DNA from: Puccinia triticina
Taxonomy: Eukaryota
Length of the DNA: 64,000 nt
Assembly: GCA_026914245.1 (NCBI GenBank)
Contig: CP110439.1
Span: 2,914,001-2,978,000, forward strand
Reading direction: 5' to 3'
The notes below the pieces were generated by a model. That model was not told where the DNA came from. It ran no database searches and saw only the letters and a list, made by a program, of their open reading frames with translations. The translations under genes and the position numbers were made by a program. This document shows, one piece after another, positions 10,301 to 22,097 of the stretch; the stretch's first letter is position 1, and every line of letters begins with the position of its first letter.

Positions 10301-11026
10301 TGTGGTGGTCAACCCAGTAGTCAAATTATTTTTCAGTTCTCAAATTCCACCGGCGCTCATCTCAAGATCAAGACTCTCAAGACTCAAGGCTCTCAGACTA
10401 CCCTTTCTTCTCTTGTTTTGTCCTTATTCCTCTATCCCCTCTCCCTTTATACTTTTCTTGGTCCTAACACAGTTTGTGCTGTTGGTTTTATTCCTTGTCT
10501 TCTGTTTGTTTTATCTATTTCTTTTCTTTCTTCTCTCTGGTGTGTGTCATGTCTTTCTCATCTCTTAGGCTGTGTGATCTGTTGTGTTGTTTTCTTTTGG
10601 TTTTGCTTCTTGTTTTTCTTTTTTGTTCTTGTCTTTTGTCTGTGTGTTGTGTTGTGTGCGCGCGCACGGCGCGCAAGGAGATGATGAAATGTATGTGACA
10701 TGTTGCCTCCCCAAGTCCAAGTTCGCAGAACTTGGAGGAGGGGAGCGGCATGGCATTCTGATCCGCCATCTCGAGTCAAGAGTCAAGAATCCGAGTTCGA
10801 CATCCAAAAGAAGTCCCAATCACCCATCCAGAATCCTATCAACAAAGCCCAACCGCCGCCGAGGATCCAAACCCCGGCAAAACAAAATCAAAACCACTTT
10901 TCCCCCCCCCCCAGCTATCGCTTCGCATCCACACGACTCTTCTGGACCGATCCGTGAGGGCAGCCACCAGGCACATCTTTCCCCTCCCAGCGCTGCCGCC
11001 GGCCTAGCATCGGGCGGAGCTCCATA
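10301..11026 (+). repeat. Gypsy-A 3' LTR (726 bp)
   Basis: Direct repeat of 2607-3147, preceded by aagtggtggtggga. Confidence 0.95.
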
Positions 11027-11302
11027 CCGATCAACACTGGTCATCAATTGAAGAGGTTGAGTTGACCGGTCATCGATTGGAGGGTCCACCCAATTGATGA
11101 CCGGTCAACCCCTTCAATTGATGACCAGGGTTGATCGGTCATTGATTGGAGGGTGTACTCCAATCAATGACCGGGCAAAATTGGTCATCAATCAATTGGA
11201 GGGTCTACTCCACTTGATGACCAGTGTTAGGTCATTGAGTGGAGGGTATGACCAGTCATCCTGGTCATTGATTGGAGGGTGTGTAATCCACTTGATGGCC
11301 GG

Positions 11303-12339
11303 TGTGGTGGCCCCTCTTGTGGCCAGCTAGTCAGGAGCATCACTGCCGCCAGCAGGACCATCAAGACTCAAGTTTTCTTTTCACTTCCCAAGACTCAATT
11401 TCCACGCTGGGGTGGACAGAAATCCGTCATTGGGTCCCGCGGCTCAATGAAAGTTGATTAGGTAATCCGTCATTGGGTCCCGCGACTCAATGAAAGTTGA
11501 TTAGGTAATCCGTCATTGGGTCCCGCAACTCAATGAAAGTTATGGCGCAGTCCCGACTCCCCAGGCCTCAAGATCTCTTCTCATCACCTTTCCACCTTCA
11601 ACTGGCTCCCCATCTCTCCTTTTCCTTCTGCCCATTTTCCCATATCCCTTCCTTCTCAGTTCCCCATGACTCTTCAGCTTTCTTGGTCCTAACACAGCGC
11701 CTGCTGTGGGTTTATTTCCTTGTTTGTTTCTGATTTCTTTCTCTTCTGTTTGTTTTGCCTGTTTTGAGTGTTTTCCGTTTTCTCTTTCCTCTTTTTCTTT
11801 TCCTCCCTCTGGTTCTTTTCTTCCTGACTCATCACACTGTGTTTTCCGTTATTTTTCCTTGTGTTGTTTCCTTTCTTCTTTTTCTCTTGTTTGTTGTGAG
11901 TGTGCGCGCGCGTAGCGCGCGGAGTATGTGATGAAATGTATGTGACATGTCACCCAGAGTCCAAGTTCAGCTCGAACTTGGATGATGGGTGGCCATGGCA
12001 TTCTGATCCCCAGAATACGGACCATCAAGAGTTTATAGATCAGATCTTCAGAGTTCAAACTTTTGGGTTCCGCCCGCCGATCACGCCTCCTCAAGAGTTT
12101 CAGATTCCCTTTCCTTCTTCCTTAAGATCACAATCTCCGACTTCCTCAAAAACAAACAACCGCCGCTGCGGATCCAAAACCCCGGCGAACATCTCAAAAC
12201 CACCCCCAACCACAAAGCTATCTCAGATCCCCCCCCATTCAAGTGCTCATCTTCATGGACCAACCACCTCAAGGGCAGCCTAAACAGCAACCTTCCCCTC
12301 ACACGACTGCCGCCGCTTAGCACGGACAGGAGTCCCTCA
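11303..12339 (+). mobile_element. Solo LTR related to Gypsy-A
   Basis: TGTGGTGG...CCCTCA with TSD CCGG on both sides; shares blocks with the Gypsy-A LTR (ttcttggtcctaacacag, gatgaaatgtatgtgacatgt, catggcattctgatcc); contains ~3x43-bp tandem repeat at 11421-11541. Confidence 0.9.
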
Positions 12340-12994
12340 CCGGGATGAGATGTCATTGAGTGGCGGGTATGACCAGTCATGCCTGTCGTTGATAGTGGAG
12401 CGCACACCCTCCAATGGATGACTGGGATGAGTGGTCATCAATTGGAGGGTGTACTCCACCCGATGGCCGGGATGAGCGGTCATCAAGTGGAGGACTTGAC
12501 CAGTCATCCTGGTCATCGAGTGGAGTGTATACCCTCCAATCGATGGCCGGGGTAAGTGGTCATCAATTGGAGAGTGCTCCACCCAATGGCCGGGATGAGC
12601 GTTCATTGAGTGGAGAGTCTGACCAGTCATCCCGGTCATCAATTGGAGGGTGTGTACTCCACTCAATGGCCGGGATGAGATTACATCAAGTGGCGGGTAT
12701 GACCAGTCATCCCGGTCATTGAGTGGAATGTATACCCTCCAATTGATGGCTGGGGTGAGTGAGTGGTCAGCAATTGGAGGGTCCCAAGTTCGCACCCTCC
12801 CCACCAAGGAGAAATGGTTTCTTGAAGCTGGAGAAAAAGGGGGACACCTGTTTCTGGAAACGCTTGTTTTTTGATGAAAATCTATTCTGGAATCTACCCA
12901 GAATTTCTGTGCTGTGGTACGCAATTCTGATTCAAAATAGATTCTCACAAAAAAAAGTTGAAACTCGCTTGAGAATCTATTTTTTTTCCGCTAT

Positions 12995-15350
12995 GGTACG
13001 CACCCTAACTCATCCAGGTGTTTTGCAAGCTCTTCTCTTGCTCTGGGGCTTGCTGGGTAAGTTGGTCTCCTTAGCAAAGGTGGGTAGGGGCGCTCAATAT
13101 TTAATGTGATGTCCACTTCGTGGCCTATGACTGCTCCTAGTGGTTCTTTATCTGATGCAAATGCATTTTTGTTCCTATACAGCATGTTGCGTAACTGTAA
13201 TAGTTGATCTACACTCAGTTTATCATTAAAATTAGCTTCTGATAGTTGTTCTCTTCCAAATCTCTCTTTTTCTTCATCCTGTATTTCTACTTGCTCCACA
13301 GGTAAAGGTTCTTTGGATTTGAATAGGAATTTTTTCTTTTTATTGTCATTCCCAATAGTAAAGTATCTTTCTCTGCTATTGGTTATGTCAAAGCCATAGA
13401 TATTTAAGTAGTCATTTCCTAATATGAAGTGTTTACTTACTGCATCCTCTATCACAATGAATTCCACTGTCATTCTGACTGATCCTGTTGGGTGAGGGAT
13501 TATTATGGGGCATTCAAATACTCCTATTGGCTTCATGGTACTGCTGGCACTGTTTATTCTTACTTTCTCTAGTGGTAGGAGGATATCTTTTTAGTCTGGG
13601 CATAATTTTCTCAAGTATGTCTCAGGTACTACTGAGCAATATGCACCACTGTCAAGTAACATTTCTGCTTCTCTCCCATTAAACAGTATATGTGTAATGT
13701 TGGTTTTACCAGCTGTATAGCCTTTTCCTCTTGTAGGTTTGGTTTTCATCAGTCTGGCTTCCTGGATATTTCCTATAGGTTGTCCAGGATGCCATGCTTG
13801 TGGTAAATTGTGCTCTGATTCTGTGTCTGCCACTTCTATGTCTATGTTGATCATATTACAAGACCCTGATGAAACTGATGACCCATCATCATGTGTTTCT
13901 TCTGTGTCTGATTGAGTCTTTTCTTCAGCTGTTTCTTCTGCCTCTATTTCAACATTGTTAATGTTTTTCTTTGGGTGAGGGCAGTTTGGTGAAGTGTGTC
14001 CCATCTTACTACAGTTGTAGAACTTCTTATCCTTCTGATAACTCTGGTCTTTTGAAGTAGATGGTTTTTTCTCTTCTGTTTTCTCATTTTTATCTCCTTG
14101 ATACCTAGGCTTATATCTTCTGCCAATGCGTGTACGTGTAGTTATGTCTTCTAATGTGTTAACTATATCTTCTGTACTTGCATTGTAGGGTAGTCTACTT
14201 TTAATGGCATGCTCTAGATCTCCTCCACATTTTTTGAGGATTCTCAGGTGGACTTCATTGTCTGTCAAATTGGGCCAAATGGCTTTCAATCTATCTTTCT
14301 GAGATATTACCCATTTAAGTGGATTGTCTTTTTCAATATCAAAGGTGCTCTCATCAAATTTATTTTCAATTTTGAAGCGCCACGCTGGGCTTCCCCATTT
14401 GCTGTTAATTTGTTCTTTCCACCATTCCCAAGATTGTTTGCCATTGGTTGAGCGTAGGTCTGTGAACCAGCGCTTGGCACAACCTTTAAAGAGACTGTTA
14501 AGTCTTCCAGTAATTGAGGAATCACTCAGTTCAAAATCTTCTTGGTACAAATCAATTTTTTTGATGAAGTCCAAGTAGTCATATTCTCCTTCACCTCTAA
14601 ATGATGGCCAATCTTTAATTCTGGGTACATCTTTAGATTTATCTCTCATGGTTTGGATACTTGGGTTATATGATTGTTCTTTGAAGAATGGTGTTGGTGG
14701 GACTGTGTACTCCTTTCTCAAGGGTGTTTCTTCCTCTGCCATTCTCCTGAAAGGGTTGCTAGATTGATGTGGTGGTACATCTTTCATCCCTTGTTTGTAT
14801 GGTGTTTGATTTTGAGGTTGCACTGGTATATTGTTGCCAATTTTTTGTGCTATGTTATCCATGCTAGCCACAAGCTTGCTCTGCATTTCATCAAACTTAT
14901 TGTTGATATTAATGATTTCATCTGCCATACTGTCACTATTATGTATAATGAGTTGTTCTAGTTTATCAACTTTGTCCATTATTTCAAGTATGTTTTCATC
15001 TTGAGTTTCACGGTTTTCTGACTCCTGCTCACTGTCTATTTTTAGTTGGTCCAGTTTGCTGGTAATATCCAACCTGTTAATGTCAGTGTGTATTGCATTT
15101 AACTTAGCAATTACTGTAGTTTCTTTAGCATTTGTCTGAATTTCTGTTGTAATTTTTTGTAATTTATTATTGTAGTCTACAAGACCTAGCTTTATGTTAC
15201 TTATTTGTTGTATTATGCCTGTGGTTTTCTTAACTTCTGGTACAATACTTTTAATATCTTTGGCGCTATCCACCGCCTCTTCTGCTAGATTTTTAATTTT
15301 AAAGGCACTGTTATGTACATTTTGATGTATATTATTGATTTCATTATCAA
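12995..15350 (-). pseudogene. Gypsy-B gag-protease, 3' part; degenerate and truncated before RT
   Basis: Retrotransposon gag-like region, decayed knuckle (YNCSKMGHTSPNC), protease LLDSGA, a stop, then pre-RT sequence (RRPTYPASPRARE). Confidence 0.88.
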
Positions 15351-17304
15351 CTAGAGGCCAAGGCGGCTTCGCCGCTGCAAGGGTAATTTGCTGTAATTAA
15401 CTAGTCCAAGCACATACTTCCAAGAAGTTCAGTGGACATCTGCTATAGCACCAGATCAGCGCTATGGGGGAGGTCACCAGCACTTCTAAGACTGCAGGCC
15501 TGTACCATAGCACAAAATCTCAATTTCTGAATTCACCATCAATTGCAATTTCTTGCCAAAACACAAGATTACCACACTTGGCTATGTCAAAATCAGTGGC
15601 CAAGAATCATGAAGAAAAACATATGGTACACATTTCACATTTTTGATTGGAAAGTTGGATTCACAGCCTGGTAATAGTATTCCTAAAAAATTGGTGTACA
15701 GCTCTGAAATCAACAAACTACCCTTCTGGAAACCCAAAGTGTAGACCAGAATATTTGTGTTAACACTTCTAAATGTGCTATTATGCTGCATAGATATATT
15801 TTCTTGGTTTGTGTTGTTGAGGAAAGTAGGACATTTTCACCTGGGTTTTCAATCAAATTAGCAAAAAAAGGTAGGAAATAAAGAATAAAGGGGAACTCAG
15901 GGTGAAGAAGATCATTGCCTGATTAGGTCAATACGACTTTGGACTGTCTTTGAAGGAGATCCAAAGGTTGCCACATGGAAAAAGGAAAAAAGACCGCTTA
16001 CACGGTAAACCCTTATATTAGAAATCAATCATCTGCTTGCAGAATTTCATCATCCAAATAATTGATCAGTTTGACTTTGATATCTGTTTTATCTTTGCCA
16101 CAAAGCACATCTAAGACAAATTTAGCTTCTATGGCCATGCCAACCTGGGAGGAATTGAAGAACAACGGATATCAATTAGCATCACAAGCAGGATTCAATT
16201 GACAAAGGGGATGACTGTAAGATTTGTGACAACTAAGAGCATATTTCTTTGTTAGATGACTATTCTGAGAACTATTTACAATGGAATTGATGTTTGACAT
16301 TGGTTTAGAGAGGCATGAGACTGAATTTACCTAAGAGCAGGACGAAGACGGTCCTGACTTGGCTGACTGAATGAACTGAGAAAAAGAAGGAAAAGTTATT
16401 GATTGATGATGATCAACTGGGAGATTTTGACCAAGGATGATTGATCTGGAGAGATGCAACTGTCTGTCTGGTCGTCAGCTCGACATCATTCTAAGAGCTG
16501 CTTGGGTGGATTATTCTCACCTGTCTGGTTGACAAGAATAGCCTAGTCTTTCGTGCAACCGTGGTTATCCTGAGCTGGTGAGGGAATTGGTCAATGCCTA
16601 TTACATTCAAGTATGTGCATCAGACCTTGCTCTATTCTGGGGTTCTATAAGGATAACTGTTGCAACGTACTTAATGAAATTAAGACTGTTTCTGGTGGCT
16701 AACGGCAATGAGATTCTGTGGGCAAGTGAACTGTGTGTTTGCAATGGGATGACTGATTAGCCTGAGGTCTGCTCTGACGGGCAAATGGCAGCTCCTTAAA
16801 TACTCACAAGTCCATCTTGTGGATTGTCTCGTTTGCCTTGGGCCGTTCGTTGTTCCCGGTGGGTCGCAAGGCTTGGGGCCGTTCCCTTGGTGAGCAGTGG
16901 CTTGTACCATCTCCATTATCTAGAGGGGGGAGGCTGAGGATTAGTAACATCTCTTGGATGCACAGAATCTGAGACTATACTGCTTACCTTGCTGTGCAAG
17001 ATAGCTTGTATCTCCCTTGCTACGCTTCGATGAAGGTGTGACGGGTTTGATACTCTGACAGGCTGGGGTGCTCTGAGTTGGGAGGCGAGGAGCAGATGAA
17101 TCCAGAGCAGCTACTCCAATGCCATCAGTGATCTTTTGATTGTGCATCTTCCAGTTGGCTTCGTCAGGAAGTCTGCGAAGTTGGTGTCTGTTCTGATGTA
17201 ATGAAGCTTGATCTTGCTTGAGGTTATCAGTTCTCGGACGAAGTGCAGTCTGATGTCCATATGTTTGGTTCTAAAGCCGTTCTGGGATATTTCACTGCGG
17301 GCTA

Positions 17305-20300
17305 CACCACAGATGTTTGCTCAGCACTTGTGTGCAAGTGCCTTCACCCCTCTCTTTAGGAACCCTTTAAGATCTCTTTAAGGACTTGGCTCCAAGTGAT
17401 GTGTAATTTTGTGCTGAATTTTTTCTGAAGTTATGCTGAATGTTTATGAAGTCATGTTGGAAAGGGTCTGATATCATATTGATACCAACTGCAACTTGAC
17501 CGTATATATTACTTTAACTCTTTGAAAACATATGGACAACCACACTGCAATGAATTGTCAACTGCTTGGCAGAAACAATGGTTTCTTCTATTGAAACTAT
17601 ATAATATATTTTGATTAATCATGGGGTTATACCAGGGGAGCTTGCTCAGCACTTGCATGCAATTCCAATCATTCAATAATTTTTTTAACCTTTTAAACTT
17701 ACTTCCGGAACTCTATCAGCAAGTTACACTCAATTTCCACTCAATTAACTTGTGGTCAATCCATGCTGAATTAATGTTGAATAAATGCTGAATTTAGCTC
17801 AAGGCAAGTTTGAGATGGGTTCAATCTGGCTTGAGACTGAATTCTAAGGCTCTTGCGAGGATAAAAAAAACTTTTCCCATGAGAAGATCTTGTCAACTTG
17901 AATTCCCAAATGTCCAGGAGATATTCCTCAACTTCTTGTGAAAGAGTGAAATTCACCCTTCTGAGGTTTAGAAGATGCTCAAGATAAATCCTTGAAGCTT
18001 ACAAAGAGTCATTTCATAAGAAATAAAGCTGTATATAAACTTGATATGTGAGCTTGGAAAAGAGAAATGCTTTGACAAAATTCCTGATTCATCTATTGTT
18101 TAAAATGAATTTCAATCTGAACACCAAGATTTGGTAGTAAATTTGAAAATGTTTTGATGTATTAAATATTTAACAATGAATTTTTGGTGTGTTTTCTCTA
18201 GAATTGAATTCCTCTCTAACAGTTCTTTTAGATTGAATCTTCATTACTATCTGTGCCAGTTTTCTAGTACGCATGCATTTACCAGGTTGGGTCTGCTTGA
18301 CATGATGAGTGGACAATCTTGGGTATCAATTTCAATCTGAACATTTTATTCTTACTCAAATTTCTGTGGCTCTCTGGGCTAATTTTATATTGAATCATCA
18401 TATCCTAGATTGGCTCCCTTTGATTGTTTCAGGAATGATGTGGGGAGTAGTGTTTTGAAATATTTGCTATTAATTGAATGTGCATCATTTTCCATGCTTG
18501 TTGTCCGATGCTATATTGGTTCTGCTTGACATGTTGTGTCAATGGCCCGCAAGCAATCAGCTCTGCTAGAATTCCAAGAGCCTCAGCTGGTGTTTTCTTT
18601 GGCCGAAACCCAAACCTTGAGAAATTCAACATGTGAAGGAGCCTACCCAAAACAAGAGCAAACATCACAAGGTTTCTCAGGAGCTTGGTAGCAAGAACAA
18701 TTGTAAAAGATACAAGCGGAAATCTTACCATCAGGTTTCAACTAGCAGACATTCTTTATTCCTCAAAGGAATTCAAGAAGAATAAAAGATCAGCTTGTTT
18801 AACAGGGTATCCCCATGATTTTTTTTTTTTGGTTGCAAGTTGGTTGTCTGATTCTTCAAGGTTAGCTGTTACATGAACAGATTGTAGCAAAAAATCACAA
18901 GGCTTAGATACAATTAGGCAACACTTATCAAGGATGAAAATATGGTTACTGAAAATGTGACACAAAAATGCATGGAAACAAACAACCTGTGATTCATAGT
19001 CAAAAGCAACATCCCAGAAGTGATCTAGTTCACCATTTCTGAGATTTTCAACGGTTGAATCAACATATAGCAAGATGTGTCTCTGGAAAACTATAAGAAG
19101 AAGAATCATATTTACGCCTCAAGTCATTATGTTCACTTGGATTTAAGGAAAGAATTTGTACAAGACTCAAAAATCTGGTTGTGATTGATTTATATGTTGG
19201 GTAGAAGAGGGAGTTGACATGCAAGTTGATTTCGAATTTGAATTTTTACTTCAAGTTTTTTGGGCGGAATGGGGTCTTTGAATGGTGCTGATTTTTAAAG
19301 AGAGTATCATTTTTTATCTGGCTGGTAGTGGCTGAGCCTGTGTTTAAATTGAAGCAGACCGTTTGAAAATTTCATAGTTAAGTTCCATTTGAGAATGATG
19401 AATGCATGCATTGGCAATCCCCAATTCAGTCCATTTAAAATGATCAGGGATGTGAGATCTCTCTTCTAATTTATTGGCAGAAATGGGCTTTGGGTATGAG
19501 GTGGAGTGGCTCTACCATTTGCTGGTTGATTCTTGAAATGGCAACATATAATATTTACACCCTTGGAAGTGGGTGGTGTAGCCACCTTGGAATATAGTTG
19601 CAAATTCTTTTTGTGTGCCGTAACTGGCTCCCTGAAGCAAATTTTCCAAATTTTCTTTTTTTGGTGGGGATTTAAGGGCAAGCCATGCACAAGTGAATTG
19701 AGGCATGTTGAATCACCCTGAATTCCAACTTCCACTGCACATGGATCTTTCAGAAAAAAAATATGGATTGATTCAATTCAGAATGAGGATTAACAATTTT
19801 CAAGATACTCAAGGTGTGAATTCTGAATCCGTGAGTTGTTTTGTAGTGAATTAGATGCCAATTTTATAAAAAAACTGTCTTTCCAAAAGGATCACATTTT
19901 TTCACATTTTTTCTGGTTTACTGCACCATCTTCTTCCCCCTGATTCAAGAAATATTTTTAAATAAAGAAAAAAATAACATATCTGACTTACAATTGACAT
20001 TGCTTCAAAGTTTGAGCCTGAACTACTGTTGATTAGTCTGGAATTTGGGAATTGCTGTCTTCCCAAGTTGGGTTAGTAATTTTTTCCTCTTCAGACTTCT
20101 GTCTATTGTAGAAGTAGAGTAATTTTTTGAATTAAATTTTTGACTTCTTTTGGTTTTGAAGCGGTTGACTTGAATTGGCGTGTGCCACACTGACGTACGC
20201 CCGTACGTTTGTGTGACAACGGGGAGTCCTACACTGCGCGCCTCCTCGGAGAGGCTTATGTAATAAGCTCCTCAACTGGCCGGGTGGATCTCTTCAACCC

Positions 20301-22097
20301 ACACTCCAATTGATGGCCGACCATCGGGTGGAGTACACACTCTGCTTGATGAACGGCAATCGAGCGGAGTATACATCCCACCCGATGACCGGGCATCAAC
20401 TGGGGTTTGTACTCCACTAATGATGACCTGCCATTGAGTCCTGTGCACACCACTCGATGACCGGCCATCAAGCGGCGTTCTGGGGTTTAATGCCGCTCAA
20501 TGGCCATTGAGTGGAGTACATACCCCACTCAATGCCCGAGTGCTCCCCCCTCAATGACCTGTCTGTACAGGTCATCGAGAGGACATGTGACTCCCCTCGA
20601 TGGCTGGCACAGACCGGTCATTGAGAGGAGATGTTACTCCCCTCGATGGCTGGTACAGACCGGTCATCAAGAGGAATTATTCCCCTCAATGACCTGTATT
20701 GACCGGTCATCAAGAGGTGTAAGTCCCCTCGATGACCGGCACAGACTGATGATCATCGAGGGGAGGTGTTACTCCTCTTGATGACCCGTATAGACCGGTC
20801 ATCGAGAGGTGGAAGTGCCCTCGATGACCGGCACAGACTAGTCATCAAGGGGAGGTGTTACTCCTCTCGATGACCTGGACGGACATCAAGGGGAGAGAGG
20901 AGTAACACGTCCTCTTGATGACCGGTCTGTACTGGTCATCAAGAGGTGTGAGTCCCCTCAATGACCGGCACAATCCGGTCATCAAGAGGTTTGAGTCCCC
21001 TCGATGACCGGCACGGACCATTCATCGAGAGGAGGTGTGTCGAATCTCCTCAATGCCGGTCTGTACCGGTCATCGGGGGGAATCACACCTCTCGATGACC
21101 TGTACAAACCTGTCATCAAGGTGTGACTTCCTCCGATGACCAGCACGGGCCAGTCATCGAGAGGAGGTGTGAACCTCCTCGATCCAGGTTTGTACTGGTC
21201 ATCGGGGGGAATCACTCCTCTCAATACCTGTACACACCGGTCATTGAGAGGTGTGAGTCCCCTTGATGAACGGCATGGACCAGTCATCAAGAGGAGATTC
21301 TACTCCAATTAACTTTTTTTTTCTTTTGCCCCTGTGGTGTACCGGTGATCAAGAGGTGTCAGCGGGCATCCGGGTGGGCCAGACAGGGTGTGTACATAGT
21401 ATACCCTGCTTGACTGGGGTTCAACTTGAACCCCATATGCACTCCAGCTCTGGCTGGAGAGCTCTGCACTCTCCTTTCAGGGAGGAGAAATATCATGAAT
21501 GGAGTGCTGGGGATATGCACTCTAATTTTATGGAGTGGGACTCACCGGCACTCAATACATTTGCTGGCCACTGCAGTTCTTTGTGGTGCACTCCAAAGAC
21601 TCTTGAGTCCCTGGTTCTGCACTCCAGCCAACTTGGAGTATTCTACTCTGTACTCCAACAATCATTGGAGTGCGCACTCCATACACTCACTTGTGAAGTG
21701 CTTTTGGGATTTTTTTGGAGTGTACTTAGGCTGGCCCAAAAAAATACCAAAACATGCATCAGAGCAATCTACAGGGTATGGGTATACACAGAGGTAAAAA
21801 ATCAGGTCAAAAAATTCATATATTTGGTCAATATTGTGGATCAAGTCCACCTGATCACAGTTGGTCTTAGTTTCAGCATAGGTATGGTGTATGTTCTACA
21901 TGTAACTTCCACAATACATCCCATACAATTCCAGTTAGGATCCGGTTAGATTGCGCCTGACATCAACCATTCTTTGAACAAAGATCAGACCAACTTCAAA
22001 CCAACTTCGAACCAGTACCTTACAAGGTTTGGACCAAACCTTGGCATGAATTGAGAGAAGGCACTCGTAAACAGGTGCTGAGCAAACATCCGTGGTG
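17305..22097. mobile_element. CACTA/EnSpm(CMC)-like DNA transposon, degenerate, inserted in Copia RNase H
   Basis: TIRs CACCACAGATGTTTGCTCAGCAC / GTGCTGAGCAAACATCCGTGGTG; 3-bp TSD CTA; removal restores the Copia reading frame; decayed minus-strand coding remnants ~17760-19750. Confidence 0.88.
20280..21300. repeat. Palindromic ctcgatgaccggtcatcgag repeat array inside the CACTA-like element
   Basis: Dozens of alternating gatgaccgg / ccggtcatc units. Confidence 0.85.

Larger units (their letters stand above)
2607..11026 (+). mobile_element. Full-length Ty3/Gypsy LTR retrotransposon (Gypsy-A)
   Basis: LTRs 2607-3147 and 10301-11026, TSD CCGA (2603-2606 / 11027-11030), PBS at 3150, purine-rich PPT ~10288-10300, domain order gag-PR-RT-RH-IN. 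Confidence 0.97.
2450..12785. repeat. Degenerate palindromic GATGACCGGTCATC-type repeat array (pieces 2450-2606, 11027-11302, 12340-12785) split by two LTR insertions
   Basis: Many variants of gatgaccgg / ccggtcatc / caattggagg; a similar array lies at 20280-21300. Confidence 0.8.

Noticed and set aside
11421..11541. CRISPR-like repeat
   Set aside because: The units are directly adjacent with no unique spacers; eukaryotic LTR context and no cas genes.
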